Below are positions 49,338 to 64,000 of a stretch of DNA of 64,000 bases, one piece after another. Both the position numbers and the translations under genes were made by a program. The stretch's first letter is position 1. Every line of letters begins with the position of its first letter. Source of the DNA: Chrysomallon squamiferum (lineage: Eukaryota > Animalia > Mollusca). The stretch spans positions 36,270,001 to 36,334,000 of the forward strand of contig CM022671.1 in assembly GCA_012295275.1 (NCBI GenBank). Direction: 5' to 3'. The notes under the pieces are model-generated. The model had not been told where the DNA came from. It ran no database searches and saw only the letters and a program-made list of their open reading frames with translations.

Positions 49338-52300
49338 TTAATCTTCTTTTTTACTCTGTAGACCGTTAAAAAAAAAAAAATAAATAAATAAATAAAAACA
49401 AAAAAAAATATTTGCTAGTCAGTAAATAAAATATATACATTTTTTTAATTAAAAAAATAGCTATTAAATTGATATATATATATATATATATATATATGTG
49501 TATGTATATCAAAGTTCTTATTTCTGTTTGTTCACCAATCAAGATAAAAATATTTAAAAACTAAATTTTCATAAATTATTAGAAAAGGACATCATAAAAG
49601 GGCAGGTAATAATATGTAACTTGTATTTTTGTTTGTTGTTTTGATTGCATGTTTTTGTATTTGTAGTCTATGACCTGTATTGCATTTTATCACAGGAATT
49701 GTAATTTAGTGCATGGTTTATGTAGAAAGGTGTGAACTGAAAGTCAGTTTTATTTCACTCATTCTTTCTGACACATAATCAAACAGAGATTTGATTTTTT
49801 TATGGACACTTTGTTTCATTATTTACTGAACAGAAGAAATATTAATGTACAGAATTTTATATATTTACTGGCATGAACTTTTTGATTTTTTACTGAGTAA
49901 AAAGAAGAAATAGTAATGATAAACGCTATTGTTTATTTAAAATACGTTTAAAAAATATCTGATCAGCTTTGTTCCAGATTTTATTGTTATCTTTGTTTCT
50001 TACTCTGGTATAGATAAATGGAATATTTGAAAATAATTATTTTTTGAATGATCTCTAACACTTGGATTTTCAAAATATTGTTAGTGTTCAGAGTTTTCAT
50101 TTGTATTTGACTTTATATGTTTATGTACACAAGATATACACATAATCAGAAGTTTGGTCTGTGTTTGTAAACTGGTCATGTGTTTATTTTACTTTATATC
50201 TGTGAGGTTACTTTATGCCTAACTAGACAAATAATTAAATTTATTCATGTTTTTAGACAGATCAACTATATCCTATCAGAAATCACTGAGTACATTGATT
50301 GTAAACTTCAGTAAGATTTATAACAAGTCAAACATATCAACATATTACCATGCAAGTAGTATGTTATGCACAAAAAAAAAAGAAAAAAAAAGAAGAATTT
50401 TTGAAGTTTTTCACCTGTGATACAGTTTCATGACTGTCACTTTTCTTCATTGATACGCACAAAATATTCAAAATAATCAGAATGTATTTTTTCTATAACT
50501 GTATTGAAAAGATTCTTCTTTTTTTTCAATAGATGAGCAGAGATGGATATATACATATATTTTAATAATTGCAAATTTATAAAAGTTTTGTTAACATTTA
50601 CAGTGTTATGGATATATTTTATACAGTTAATAACTGTAATATATATTTTTTTTATTTTTTTAAATTTATATGTTGTTGTTGTTACAGGATCATCAAAGAT
50701 AATGAGCACAGCCATATTGATCATGCCTGTTTTTTTAGCTGTTGTTTTTAAAAAATATTTTTTTTATTTGATTTGAAATTTACAGCCTAGTTAAATAAAC
50801 AATTTAATACCATTGTTATAAAGTGACATCAGACACATCATTTCAAGATAGACAAGACATATTGTTTTCTTCATTAACTGGTATGTGAATCTATTACAGC
50901 CATCACAAGTCAAAAACTCTGGCTGTGGAGTGGTCTTTGTTTTGAGTGTCTATTGACACAAAGTAACAACAGACAATCAGATAATTCAAACTATTGTGCT
51001 TCACCTTTCTCCTCAAAATCAGACCAACAGAGAATTATTTTTAAAATAATTGTTATTTGTTTATTGTCCTTTTTTAACATATGAAGTGTTTCTAGTTCAG
51101 CTTCACTGAGAATATAAATTATTTCCTTGTGATTTGGAGAATAGATTTTCCTGATTATTATTATTATTATTAAATATGAAATCAGGTCTAACAGATAAAT
51201 AAATAAAATTTATACACATTACAGCAGAGAAACAAGACTTGGTTCACTGCACTGTTAGTAAGTTAGTTGACTAGTTAGTGGGGGGGGGTTATATCTTCTT
51301 AGATATCTCAGGAATGTGACACTGTTGATAGTGATGACTGGACCCAGCACTAGCAACATAAATGACTTTGACATGACATCTAGGTTTGCATTTTTGTAAA
51401 TTGTTGTAATGTATGAATAGCATGCTTGCTTGATAATGCATAAAACATCAATTTTTTTAGTAGCAAGCATGTTTGGTTGTAGTTGTAGTTGCAGTTGTAT
51501 TTTGTTTTTTTTAATTTATGAGTAGCAAGCATGTTTGGTTGTGGTTGGAGTTGTGTTTGGTGCTGTAGTAGTTGTAGTTGCTGTTGTAGTAGCTGCATGA
51601 TTCAACACCCAGATTTAATGCAGTCTTCCAGTTTCTCTTGTTTTCCAGGATTCAGCGTTTAAAAAGCACCTACGTGAACAAGTGGTCATCTCTGTGACAC
51701 AGTTTGTTGTCCAGCAGTGTTAGCTGCTGTCCAGTGGTTCCAGTCTTGTGTAATAGAAACAGTAGTTTGTAAAGAAGACTTCTTCAAACAAAATGGTGAC
51801 AAAAATCTTAACTTTTTATGTCAAAATGTCTGGTCAGTTTGCTGTAATCATTAAGGTTTATATTTTCAACTTCATTTATATCTAAATGGTGTCTGTTATC
51901 CTGCCCATTACAACAGTTTTGTAATTTTTGATCGTGACTACATGCTGTTCTCTATCTTTATTTTTATGTTTTTTTTTTATTATTATGAGGATTGGAATTT
52001 GTTTTGGTTTTAATAATTTTACTATTCTTGTTTGGTTTGGTTTTGTGATCTAACAACATAGTGCTAAGTTGGAGTAATAACATTTTAATTTATGTTATCA
52101 TAATGGTTGTAGTATTTACTTATTTGGGTTGATAAAGGCCTGAAGACATAACTGTCTTTGTTTTAAGTATATAATCAGAGTAGTGCTAAAAGAGTTTCTG
52201 TTGTTTTGGGTTTTTTTTCCTGCTAATTTTGATATATATATATACATATATACATAGATTTACAATTATATACTCATATCACTGGCTGTGCTATTGTAAT

Positions 52301-53232
52301 CACTGATGCTTTTAATAACAAGAAATGTGATATTTTAAAAGAATAAACAGATTGTGATTATTATCATTGTTTTGTTTTAATAAAGGCTGTAAGAGAATGT
52401 GTGTGAATGGAATCATCTGCTGAGTGATGTGCAGATTATGTGTTTCTAATATAAAAATTCATCAGGCACTGTCATTCATTTTCAGTAGGAACAAACAACA
52501 TAAATTTCCATTTAAGTCAACTAAATGAGGTTTCAGCAAACTGCACAAGCTTCTATGTTGAGACTGGTTCTTGTAAATGAAGTTTTACTGCTTGTTGACT
52601 GCTTGTTTTAACAGTTTATTGTATGATAAGAGAGAGAGAGAGAGAAGGACAATGACAGAGTGAGAAAGTGGGAGGGGAAACCTACTGTTGTAACAAGGAA
52701 TATTTTAAATTTGCATTTCACACACGGAACAGCACTACAGTTTCTAAACCTTTTATGACTGGAATGAGAATGGACACAGAATTGATGATGCATCCGGTTT
52801 TAGCCGGGTGCAATGAATTTACTATAAGCAGTCTCTGTGTACAGTAAAATCTGTTAGTTACAACAATGAACAGTGTCTTTGTCCAGAAAAAAAGACTAGG
52901 CTACACCACGATCTACATAACTCTGGTATTAACATTTCAGACGTACCAAATGTATTAACGTTTATAAAGCAACAGTATATTCCATAATGATTCCCAGCTG
53001 AGTATTTTGTAAAAAATAAACCAAAAAAACCCCTCGTGCTTGACTAAGGGAAATAACTCTTGTTAAGTTAAACCAATATAAAGTAGATTTCTGTTTAACG
53101 TCACTCTGTTAGATCCATTTCCACTTATTTTGAAATCCCATGAAAGTAGTTCAGTTAGTTATTGTTATTTTTTAATATCATAGAATAGATTTCCTTTGTG
53201 AATATCAGAGATAAATGCAGAGCTTTTACATA

Positions 53233-53292
53233 AGTGATCCATGGATTTTACAGTTCTCTCCCAGAGTGATCCGTTGATTTTACGGTTCACTC

Positions 53293-53378
<86 letters not shown>
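53233..53378. repeat. ~32-bp imperfect tandem duplication followed by (AG)n
   Basis: gtgatccRtKgattttacRgttcWctcccagag occurs twice, then an AG run. Confidence 0.8.
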
Positions 53379-53383
<5 letters not shown>

Positions 53384-53614
53384 AAGGGTTTGAAATCGGC
53401 CGAAGGCTTGGTTTTAATGTGATACGATGTGTCAGGAATTCTGTGTAAGCGATCGACTGTTAAATCAAACAAATATCAATCTGTGTACTTGATACGGAAT
53501 ATAGTGAGAATATATTTAAATAAGCAAGCTGCTAATGAATTATTTATACACAAACGATTCATTCTTTTTTTTCTCTCCTTTATTTATTCTTCTCCGTCGC
53601 AATCACAATAATCA

Positions 53615-53660
<46 letters not shown>

Positions 53661-54783
53661 TTGTTTGCAGACAGATAAGGAAGTATAAAAAAAAAAAAAA
53701 CCTTATCGTGATAATAACACATGAAATGTATTTAAAAATATATATCCGTGTTTCGAAATATTTGCATTTACACTCCAAATGCGGATATATCGAAGTAATA
53801 AAGAAATCACGTGTGTATGTCTGTGCGTGTGTGTGTATGTGTGGGTTGACATGTAAGTAATATATGCTTTCATAGTGATGCTCTACCAACTGCTAAATGA
53901 AACACCGAAACAAAATAACAAAGCTAACAAAAACGTCATCGTCAATACCAGTACAACTACTCCCTCAGTATTAGCACTAGTACTCCTACTACTGCCATTA
54001 GTACTATTACTGCTAATACTATTACTACTACTATTATTACTACTACTACTATTACTATTACTATTACTACTACTATTACTATTACTGCTACTACTATTAT
54101 TACTACCACTAACAGTATTATACTACAATTACTACTTCTGCTATTACTACTACCACTGTTACTATTACCACTGCTGTTCTTACTATTACTGTTATATCTA
54201 CCACTACTGATATTAATATTATTTGTAATAATATGAATAGTTATCATCATCATTATTATTATTATCCGTAATATCATCATCATGACATCAATATTATTAT
54301 CATCATGAGATCATAATCATGTCTGTAGTTGCTGATGTTAAGATGGTGTTGATGATGATGATTTCAGTCGTGATCTTGTCTGTGGATTTCTGAATTATTT
54401 ATTTTCACTTACTTTAAACTAGACACCCACCAATATTTGTTTCAGTTTAAAAATAATTTAAAAAAAACAACCCACCATCATTTAAGTCAATTTTAAAATT
54501 TGTATTTTTTATGTTATTTATATTTTTTTCATTTTTTATTTATTTATTTATTTATTTGTTTGTTTTTTTATTATTATTTTTTTTTATGTTTATTTTTATT
54601 TTTATTGTTTAAATTTGTTTCCTGATTTATCAGTGGTGATTAAATTTTTTTAAATTTATATCATGGACGGATGATTGAATTATAATTTAATACTTTTCCT
54701 CCTTTATCACAATCATCTTCCTTGTTCGGCTGGCTTTTTTTTTTTCCTACTTATTTATTTAGTTTTTTTTGTTTTGTAATATG

Positions 54784-54898
<115 letters not shown>

Positions 54899-55714
54899 TA
54901 CACACCTAAAAGACAGAAAAGACAGGTTTCTTTAGAACGTGTCGCATATTACTTTTCCCTCTACATTTTTCGAGATTAGTAACCAGTGATGTTAAACTAA
55001 TCAGTATTTAAACAAGTTTTTACAGCTAAATTTGAAATCAATAACAAAATTATTACGTTTCTGACTGCGCCTGTGAGAAGTCTATTGTAACATATTGCTA
55101 TAATATGAACAGTTATTGCACACATCATTGCATTTATTGATTTAAAATACTGTAGACATGAAATAAAATATTTGTCCTTCGCGCTGATTTTCCATTATCT
55201 TTGTAAAATTTTCCTCTGACCATTTCTAAAACATGTTGCTTTTCATTCGTATTAAAAAAAAAAAAAAAAAAATTTCCTTTTCATTTAAATGTGTTTTTGA
55301 CTGAGAATGAGAAACATGACTTTGTATTTATCTAGTTTTGTTCCTTTTCCATATGTAGCTCTTAGACTACCCGTTACGTAATTAACAACATTTATTACAC
55401 ACCTGCTATAAATAGTCTATAGCTGACACTGTACGAGTGATATCTCGGGCTGTTCCGTTGCATCGATTACCAACCGGACCTCAAGTTCAGTTACTGGGGA
55501 AAATACAAACAACTGAATGTACAAGGGCTTTGTCGCCAGTAAAACAGTCACGTGATACCGTGTCAGTTTTCTATTTTACGTCTATAGTAAGTTTTATCTG
55601 CAATTAAAATCATTTGTTTGTTAAAGGACATGGTTTTTGTTAGTCATCACACCGTGATTTTGTTACTCAGTCTAGTGTGACACTTGATGACGTATGTCCA
55701 GCTATCGTCTGCTC

Positions 55715-55778
55715 TATAAATACAGACGACATTGAACGAGCAGGTTTAAAAAAAAACAAACAAGAAAGATAAAACCAG
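55715..55778 (+). promoter_or_regulatory. TATA box and probable non-coding first exon of the gelsolin-like gene
   Basis: TATAAATA at 55715 and a CRE-like TGATGACGTA ~30 bp upstream. Strong donor CAG|GTAAGT at 55778/55779. Downstream acceptor tttacagcag at 58241-58250 precedes the ATG. Confidence 0.55.
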
Positions 55779-55801
55779 GTAAGTTTAATTATATTTACAA
55801 T

Positions 55802-55894
<93 letters not shown>

Positions 55895-56357
55895 ATATAT
55901 AAACACACATGTATATACACAAACATATATAAACATATATTAGCCAGCTACCTATTTATATAGATACCAACATTTAGAAGAAAAAATGAAAACATCTAAA
56001 GTGTTACCCAATCCAGAAATGAATATCGTACAGAATTTTATCTTATTCTTCATCCGTATTAGTCTGAGAGAAGCACTAATGTAATGAATAAGCTAGATAT
56101 AAAAAATAAATAATTTAATGAGCAAATTAGATATAAAACACTAATATAATGAGGTGATCAGATACAAAAAAACATTATAGTCAGACATGTTTTGATAATG
56201 ACACAGTTTTTCGTGGAACAAAGTTAATGTTGTAATCGTGTGTCTTAACTTCTAAACTAGACACATTGCAAAACACACACAAGATAGTTATTCATATAGA
56301 CATAGTTTTGATTAGTTATTGCCCATAATATAGCTATGAGTTGCAGCAACCTTAGTT

Positions 56358-56399
<42 letters not shown>

Positions 56400-57960
56400 C
56401 ACAACTAGATGCATTTTCTGTTGAAAATTATATCACTCATTTACACAATAAAATTTTTAAATGCGACTTTCAAATTGTGCAGATTACTAAATAAATAAAT
56501 ATTATTTTTATTGAAACATGTTGTAATGTGACACGTTGTTTGCATGACCTATGACATGCATGAATGTAAAAAGTTTTTGTAAACGATTAAATAAATTATT
56601 TATCAAATAAAATGTCATTCACGTTGCACCATCCGACTTTTTTTTTTTTTTTTCGTTAGAAAGATTGTATTAACAGTCACGATGTAGCTCGCTTTTCTTT
56701 AGGCAACAGTTTTAACTGAAAATGTTAAATAACAAAACTGACTGTTAAGTAACTCCTAATTTGTTAGCTTGAACGATGCGTGACTATGGAGACTGAAAAG
56801 TAACTATTGTAGTGTATTAAATTGCTGTCAAATGTATGTTATATGATCTGATTGTCACACCGCAAGGTCACATCTTTGTATTTAACAACAAAGATATCTT
56901 TTCTTCTCCAGGACAGAAAACTAAATACACATTTTCTACAATGATCGCTAAGCTATTTTTGTAAGATTAAACTGATATTATTCAGATAAACGTTGACAAA
57001 ATTAACGGTTTGCCATTGTTCGTTTAAAAACAAAACAAAAAGGTTGTGGCAAAGTATAGTGTTGTAAAACTCATTGTCAAATTAGCTGAAAACTTTGTTT
57101 AGTTTAAAGATATTAAAGATATTCTGTAAAGGCGTTATGCAGTTTACTTCAATTAAATTATTTGTTTATTAGTTGTTTGTTATCTATTTTCGTCAAACCT
57201 TAGTGATGAGGTATAACAAGAAAACGTTCAGTTACCAAAAATATGAGCTCTTCCATATTTAGTAGTTATAACGTCACAGGCCATCAATCTGGTGACAGAA
57301 AACAAAATACTAGACTTTGAGATACGCGTTGATGTTTTATTTTTTCAAAATGAAGGAGTAAAATGGCGCAATTAAAATGTTTTGTAACAATTTTGTTTTC
57401 ATTTCATACTTTGTAATGAGAAGATGATACATCGCCCAAAACAATAAAATAACAACTTCTAAGTATAAATAAATTTCACAGACAATATGTTCCTGCTAAG
57501 ACATAGACTCATTTTTTAATATTACTTTAACTGGGAAACAAGAAACTATTTGTCCTTTAAGTGGACAATGCGAAATAAAATCAAGTATGTCTCGCTTCAG
57601 CAACGACATCCATTTTTTTTTTTTTTTTTTATCAGGTTAACAAAGAAACCTGTCTCAAGGATATTCTCCCACCCCATTAACGATTGAAAATTTAGGTCAG
57701 AGTTCACTTAGAGGTTCACTTGATAAAGAGAACACCACTTGAGAAACTTCCTGCTCAAAGTACGAAAACAAAAGCTATTATTTACATGTCTGTGTGCAAA
57801 ATACTCGGGGCTACACAATTAATGTACATCGACATGTATGTATGTATGTATGTTTGTTTGAATGTATGTATGTATATATATGTATGTATGTATGTGTGTA
57901 TGTGTGTATGCATGTGTGTATATATATGTGTATGCTTGTATGTATGTATATATGTATGTA

Positions 57961-57995
<35 letters not shown>

Positions 57996-58033
57996 TAATA
58001 TACATGTGTGTGTGTTTATATGTAAGTATATAT

Positions 58034-58077
<44 letters not shown>

Positions 58078-58286
58078 CACAATCACAAATTTAAAAGTGT
58101 ATATAAAGGATGTGTTGGTGTTTTTAATAAAAATATATTGCGTACGTTTCAGCTGTGCGTGTATCTAGAACGAGTCAGCAACAGCTGCTGACACCTGGCT
58201 GGGTCAACTGACTTTTATTTAACTTTCATTTATCGTTTGTTTTACAGCAGAACAGCTCCCGATCCACTGACAACCCAAACACAGCA

Positions 58287-58819
58287 ATGACAGGTGAGAC
58301 AGCGTTGTATAATAAGTGTTTTTCTTTTCAGTGTTACCAGTGCGCGTGTTTGTGTGCGTGCAGTGCATGACCTGTTTATGTGTATGTATATTTGTTATCT
58401 GTATAGTGTGTCATTATATGTGTGTGTGTGTGTGTGTTCGTTTTGGAATGTATCTATGCATGTGTTCATGTTTGTAATTATCTGTATAAATAGTATGTGT
58501 ATGTATTTGTGTGATGCATGTACCTATGTGTATATACATATGTATGCTGTGTGTGTACATGTGTGTATGTGTGTATATGTGTATATGTATGTGGGCATAT
58601 ACATTATATGTATGTGTATATGCGTGTATGTGTGTGTTATTTAAATAAAAATTATTTTAGAATATCCAATAAGCATCGTATGTTTTATTTATCGTGACAG
58701 ATATTGTTTATGTGACAAGAATGTTAAACCAGCGATCAATACTTGTGTTGACAGTTACTTCCGACCTAGATATCGCAAAAGGTCATAGATATAAATTCAA
58801 ATGTATTGAGTTTCTATAA

Positions 58820-58878
<59 letters not shown>

Positions 58879-59688
58879 CAACAACAACAACAACAATAAT
58901 AATAAGTATTATACAGAATCATCATTCCATATATTTATAAGGTTTATTTTGGTGTATATATATTTATATATTTATGTGTGTATATGTATTTATGAATGCA
59001 TATGTGTGGGTATGTGTATATATGCATAATTATATATTTATATGTATGTATGTATGTGTAAACGTATTGCTATATATGTGTGCAAATGTGTTTGTGCGTG
59101 TGTATGTATATATATAAATATATATATATGCGTAGTTATGTACTGTGTGTGTGTGTGTGTGTTTACGTTTTTGTGTGTCCATATTTATGCGTGTAAATGG
59201 TTGTATGTATTTACGTGTGTATGCGTTTTTATGTATGTTTTTTTTGTGTATATGTGCTTATATATTTATATATGTATCTATTAATATATGTATCTATGTA
59301 TGTTTGTGTATATTTTGTATATATGTATAAGTGTGTAAATGTATGTTTGTGTGTGTGTTACATGTGTGTGTGTGTGTTATATGTAACATTCTCTCTTCGG
59401 ATTCGTATGCAGTGTAAATTCATTTTTGTTATCAGATGTTTTGTATTTTATGTCTAATGGAAGGAGAACATTAAAAAAATATGTTGCTGAAAATCGATAG
59501 TGACATCAAATAATTTTCTCTCGTGTGTTTGCACTCTAGAAAATCTAGATATCTGACATGTAATAGTGGTTAATAAAAACATATCATTGTTTTATTTATT
59601 CATGACTGTCTTTTTCATTTTCTTTTTCTCCTGTTTTGATATTATTATTATTATTATTATTATTATATTATCATCATCATCATCATCA

Positions 59689-59723
<35 letters not shown>

Positions 59724-60672
59724 TCTTCCAGGTTTAATTAAAGCAAAAGATTACGACTGGAAAGACAGTAACCTTGAACTTTTTGGTTCTGATCTTGACA
59801 GGAACGTGAAAAGTAAGTCGTAATTCCCAGGGGGATATATATATATATATATTCACATATATTAAAGTATGTAGTATGCATCAAAATAAATAGATATATA
59901 AATAAATTATTATTTATTTATTTATTTATTTATTTATATATATATATAAAAATAAATAAATAAATAAATATTTTCAGAGGAATCAGCTGAAACGGAACCT
60001 GCCTGGAAAAATGCTGGTAAAAAACCAGGTCTTCAGATCTGGAGAATTGTGGTGAGTTGAATGTTACAAGTTTAATAAATGTTTACATTTCACACCTCTC
60101 TCGTTCTATTAGTAATTGAAGAAAACAAAAAAACTCGAAAATTGTAACATTATGAGAAAGAGGAAAATTATTAGGAAAATTGAAATCAATAAATGAATGA
60201 ATAAACAAAGATGGAAAAAAAGATAGAAAAAATAAATGAAAATAAAATGAAACAAAAGAAAATTACAAAGTGTTACCAGATGATGCTAATTTAAATTTTA
60301 CAGTTAAATTCTAAGACAGTCTCTGTTTGTGTGTTTGTTTATGTGTGTGTGCATGTGTGTGTATTTGTTTTTACAGAAATTTAAAGTAACAGACTGGCCA
60401 AAAGAGGATTATGGGAAATTTTTCAACGGTGATTCATATATTGTTTTGAACGTGAGTAATAGATTAAATGTTATTTAGATTTATATTTTTTTTTGTTTTT
60501 TGTTTATTTGTATATTTATTTATTTATTATTGTTTTTGTCGTTCTACATTATTATTATTATTATTATTACTACTATTATTATTATTACTGTTACTACTAT
60601 TATTATTATTATTACTATTATTACTATTATTATTATTATTATTACTATTATTATTATTATTACTATTATTAC

Positions 60673-60765
<93 letters not shown>

Positions 60766-61071
60766 TATATAACTGAATAGTTAATGCATTTCGGATAAAC
60801 AGTTGATAAACTAAGTGACTGAGAAGTGTGATAATTTATTGATTTTTCAGTGTATTGTTTCGTAGGCTGGAATTAGAACACTAACTTTTATTGTTTCAAA
60901 CACAGCTTTTCAAATACACGTGTTTCAGATAAAGATATTGATTTTGGAAACCTGAGCATGCACAAAGTATATCCAACTTCAGAAGAATTTATCATATTTA
61001 TGCAATCTTTTTTATTGCCTTCGTTTATTTATTTAATTGTAGTATGTCTATTTTTATTTACTTCTTTATTG

Positions 61072-61141
<70 letters not shown>

Positions 61142-63459
61142 GTCTTATTATTATTATTATTTTAATTTTAATTTTTTTTATTATGTTTGCTGTTAACTTT
61201 TTGTTGGTTTTTTTATTTTTTTATTTATTTTGTTGTTGTTGTTTGTTTTGAAAAAGTTCGTGTAAACAAAACTATCATTACAACATCATACTGATTATTT
61301 TCAAAATTATTATCACACGTATATAACTAATGATTTTGTCGTTAAACAACAGATGATAATATCGGCAATGTTGCTATGGATCAGTTTTTTTCCTACCAAA
61401 TACTGGAAAAAGTGTTTTTGTGATTTTTACGTGACGCTAAATAACTATTTTTAACAAGGGATTTTTGGGGGGAACGGTATACATATAGTTTTAAATAATT
61501 TTTGACTAGTAACTTGTAATAAACGTTAGATTTGCAATGGGTAATCTTAATTTTACTGTTGGTTGTGGGTTGGTGGGAAGTGATCAGAATTTAGTACATT
61601 CTTATCTACGTCGTCTTCGTCGTCATAAGCAGTGTCAAAATATATGAAAGAACATCAGTGCACCTTCATTTTTTCAATACTTTACGTACCACCCCCATTA
61701 TCGTCATCACAGTATGGACTGCCTCGTCTACAACAACATTTACCGCTTTGTTTGTTTACAGACGTACAAAGAAGAGGGAAAGGATCAGCTGTTGTTTGAC
61801 ATCCACTTCTGGATAGGAAAACACAGCACTCAGGTACATTCACTTTCTTATTTTTTCTTTTCCTTTTACTACTACTACTACTACTACTACTACTAATAAT
61901 AATAATAATAATAATAAGAAGAAGAAGAAGAAGAAGAAGAACAACAACAACAACAACAACAACAACAACTACTACAATACGGAGGAGTGATGATGAAGAA
62001 GATAACGAAAAAAAATAAAAATAAATAACTACTACTAATAATAAATAAATAAAAATTAACGTAAAAACGAAAGTGATTAGGGATGGATGAAACATTCTAT
62101 TTGAAATCGTATATACAAAGTCAGAAATATATGGGCAGAAACTAGACTCAGAATAAAATAGGTTTGAAAGAAGAAAAGACAGAAACTGAGGATTTTTATA
62201 TTAAGGGTTTTTTTCGAGTGTTTTTTGTTTGTTTGGTAAATAAAATATTTCTTCATTTTCGTTATTATTATTATAAAATACATTTCATCTTAAAAAAGAA
62301 AGAAATATGCACTTTTCAAAGTAATAAAGCGTATTTACAGTTACTTCAATAATTTTGTTTTAACAATAGTCAATGACTTTTACGAACGTTTATTTGTTTT
62401 ATTTTATTTTACATCTGTTGCGTTTGATTTATTAGTACTGTAATAAATGTACAGCATCTGCAAGGAACTAGCTCCTTGAGGAAAATAAAAATAAAATGAA
62501 ATTTAATCCATTTTGTACATTTCCTCCTTTACAAATAATGAAAAATCCACCACAGTAACTAAGCCTTAGTTATTATTATTATTAGTTTATTTATTACTTA
62601 CTTTACTGATAAGTTGTGTAATTTATTGTCAATCTGTTTTAGGATGAATATGGGACAGCTGCGTACAAAACTGTTGAACTCGACACACTTCTTGATGACG
62701 TTCCCATACAACATCGTGAAGTTCAAGGTCACGAATCAGAACTTTTCAAGAGTTACTTCCCTGCAATCACGTAAGGCCTCTCTCTCTCAACAGAATTTCG
62801 AAAATTTTATGTTTGATGTTTAAAATCATAGTGGGCGTAATTATTAGTAAAAATTTCTTATAGTTTTTCTTTTTTAAAAATAGTTTTACCTTTTACATTT
62901 TCTAATAAAAACAAAACAAAAAAACAAACAAACAACGAAAGCAATAATTATGAATAAGAAAAACAACATCATATTACCAACATATTAATATTTTGATTAA
63001 AAAAAAGAATAATAAAAACGAAATATTTAATGATATAAATTGTACAGGAATCTGAATCTGAATTGTTTTAGCATACTGGAGGGAGGGGCTGAAAGCGGGT
63101 TCAGACACGTCAAACCGGAAGAGTATAAACCCAGACTGTTTCATTTTCATGGCGACAGGAAGCACGTTGACGTGAAAGAGGTAAATAAATTATGAAGAAA
63201 AAAAAAATGAAAGAAGAATAAAAAAAAAATTCTTCTTGTATTTTCTTGGAAAATAAGAAGTCACACACGTGAAAATTTTGAAAATTAACTTTGTTTCTGT
63301 ATTTGATATTCAGTTTCTATAAAAATCTTGTATTCATTAAATATTCAGGTTCCAAGAGCTAAAAGCCGATTGGATAGAACTGATGTGTTTATTCTGGATC
63401 TAGGTTTGAGAATAATTCAGTGGAACGGAAGTGGATCTAACAAAGATGAAAGATTCCGA
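58287..63459 (+). CDS. Gelsolin/severin-like actin-severing protein (invertebrate short-gelsolin type), 5' portion; continues beyond the right edge
   Basis: Exons 58287-58293, 59732-59812, 59978-60051, 60377-60451, 61762-61833, 62643-62770, 63072-63180, 63349-63459. Translation: [137 protein letters not shown]. Confidence 0.95.
60549..60770. repeat. (ATT)n/(ACT)n trinucleotide microsatellite
   Basis: Seen directly in a gelsolin intron; it explains the poly-L/Y/I ORFs in the track. Confidence 0.95.
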
Positions 63460-64000
63460 GTAAGAGTTTCAGTAGCTCGTTAATTTATTTTTTTCTATTT
63501 ATTTATTTATTTATTTTATATATATAAAAAATACTTTTTTCTTTGTATTTAATTAATTATTTTATTTTCATTATTATTATTATTTTTTATTTATTTAGTG
63601 TGTTTGTTCTTGGGGATTCACCAGTGTTAGTGTAAAGTGAAAGTTTTGTTATTTTGTGCAGTTTACATAATAATGTTTTCAACTGGCACTGTTGTATTAA
63701 GAAATTGTTAAAAAAAAAAAAAACAATAACGTTACTTTGTTCTCTATCACTGGTATATGAGAAATGGTATATAATTTAATATCTATTTTTGAAACGATAA
63801 AAGATGCTGGTAATTAGTGTGAGTAATCAATCTTATGGTAACCATAGCTGCACAAACATATGTAATAACTGAACTATGCAAAGCATATTTACACTATGTA
63901 ATTAACTCATATCTACATACTTGGTTTGTAATGAACTCATATCATTCATATGTGATTTCTTGTTTATCATTCATAACCAATATGATGGTTGGTTTCCACA

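Noticed and set aside
53875-54283. Poly-Leu/Val hydrophobic ORFs (also 57720-59457 and 60468-61251)
   Set aside because: Trinucleotide and dinucleotide low-complexity repeats.

Overview
AT-rich, microsatellite-rich invertebrate animal genomic DNA with short GT-AG introns. It is probably lophotrochozoan/mollusc-like, but the taxon is only an inference. I reconstructed seven spliced protein-coding genes by hand. (1) The 5' part of reelin (minus strand, runs off the left edge), with a 1-nt frameshift in a G-run in coding exon 1 and a ~250-aa mucin-like insert. (2) A complete 14-exon ORC5 (minus). (3,4) Two tandem LHFPL/TMHS tetraspan paralogs (plus). (5) A complete 11-exon CEP41 (minus) with a U12-type intron and an intronic Tigger-like element. 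(6) Head-to-head with CEP41, an uncharacterised 452-aa protein with a signal peptide, two tandem DUF442/TIGR01244-like (PTP-fold CX5R) domains and a C-terminal HDEL; this is the most novel candidate. (7) The 5' part of a gelsolin/severin-like gene (plus, runs off the right edge). The RELN-ORC5-LHFPL order and orientation mirrors human 7q22. Most short ORFs in the supplied track are microsatellite or low-complexity artefacts.
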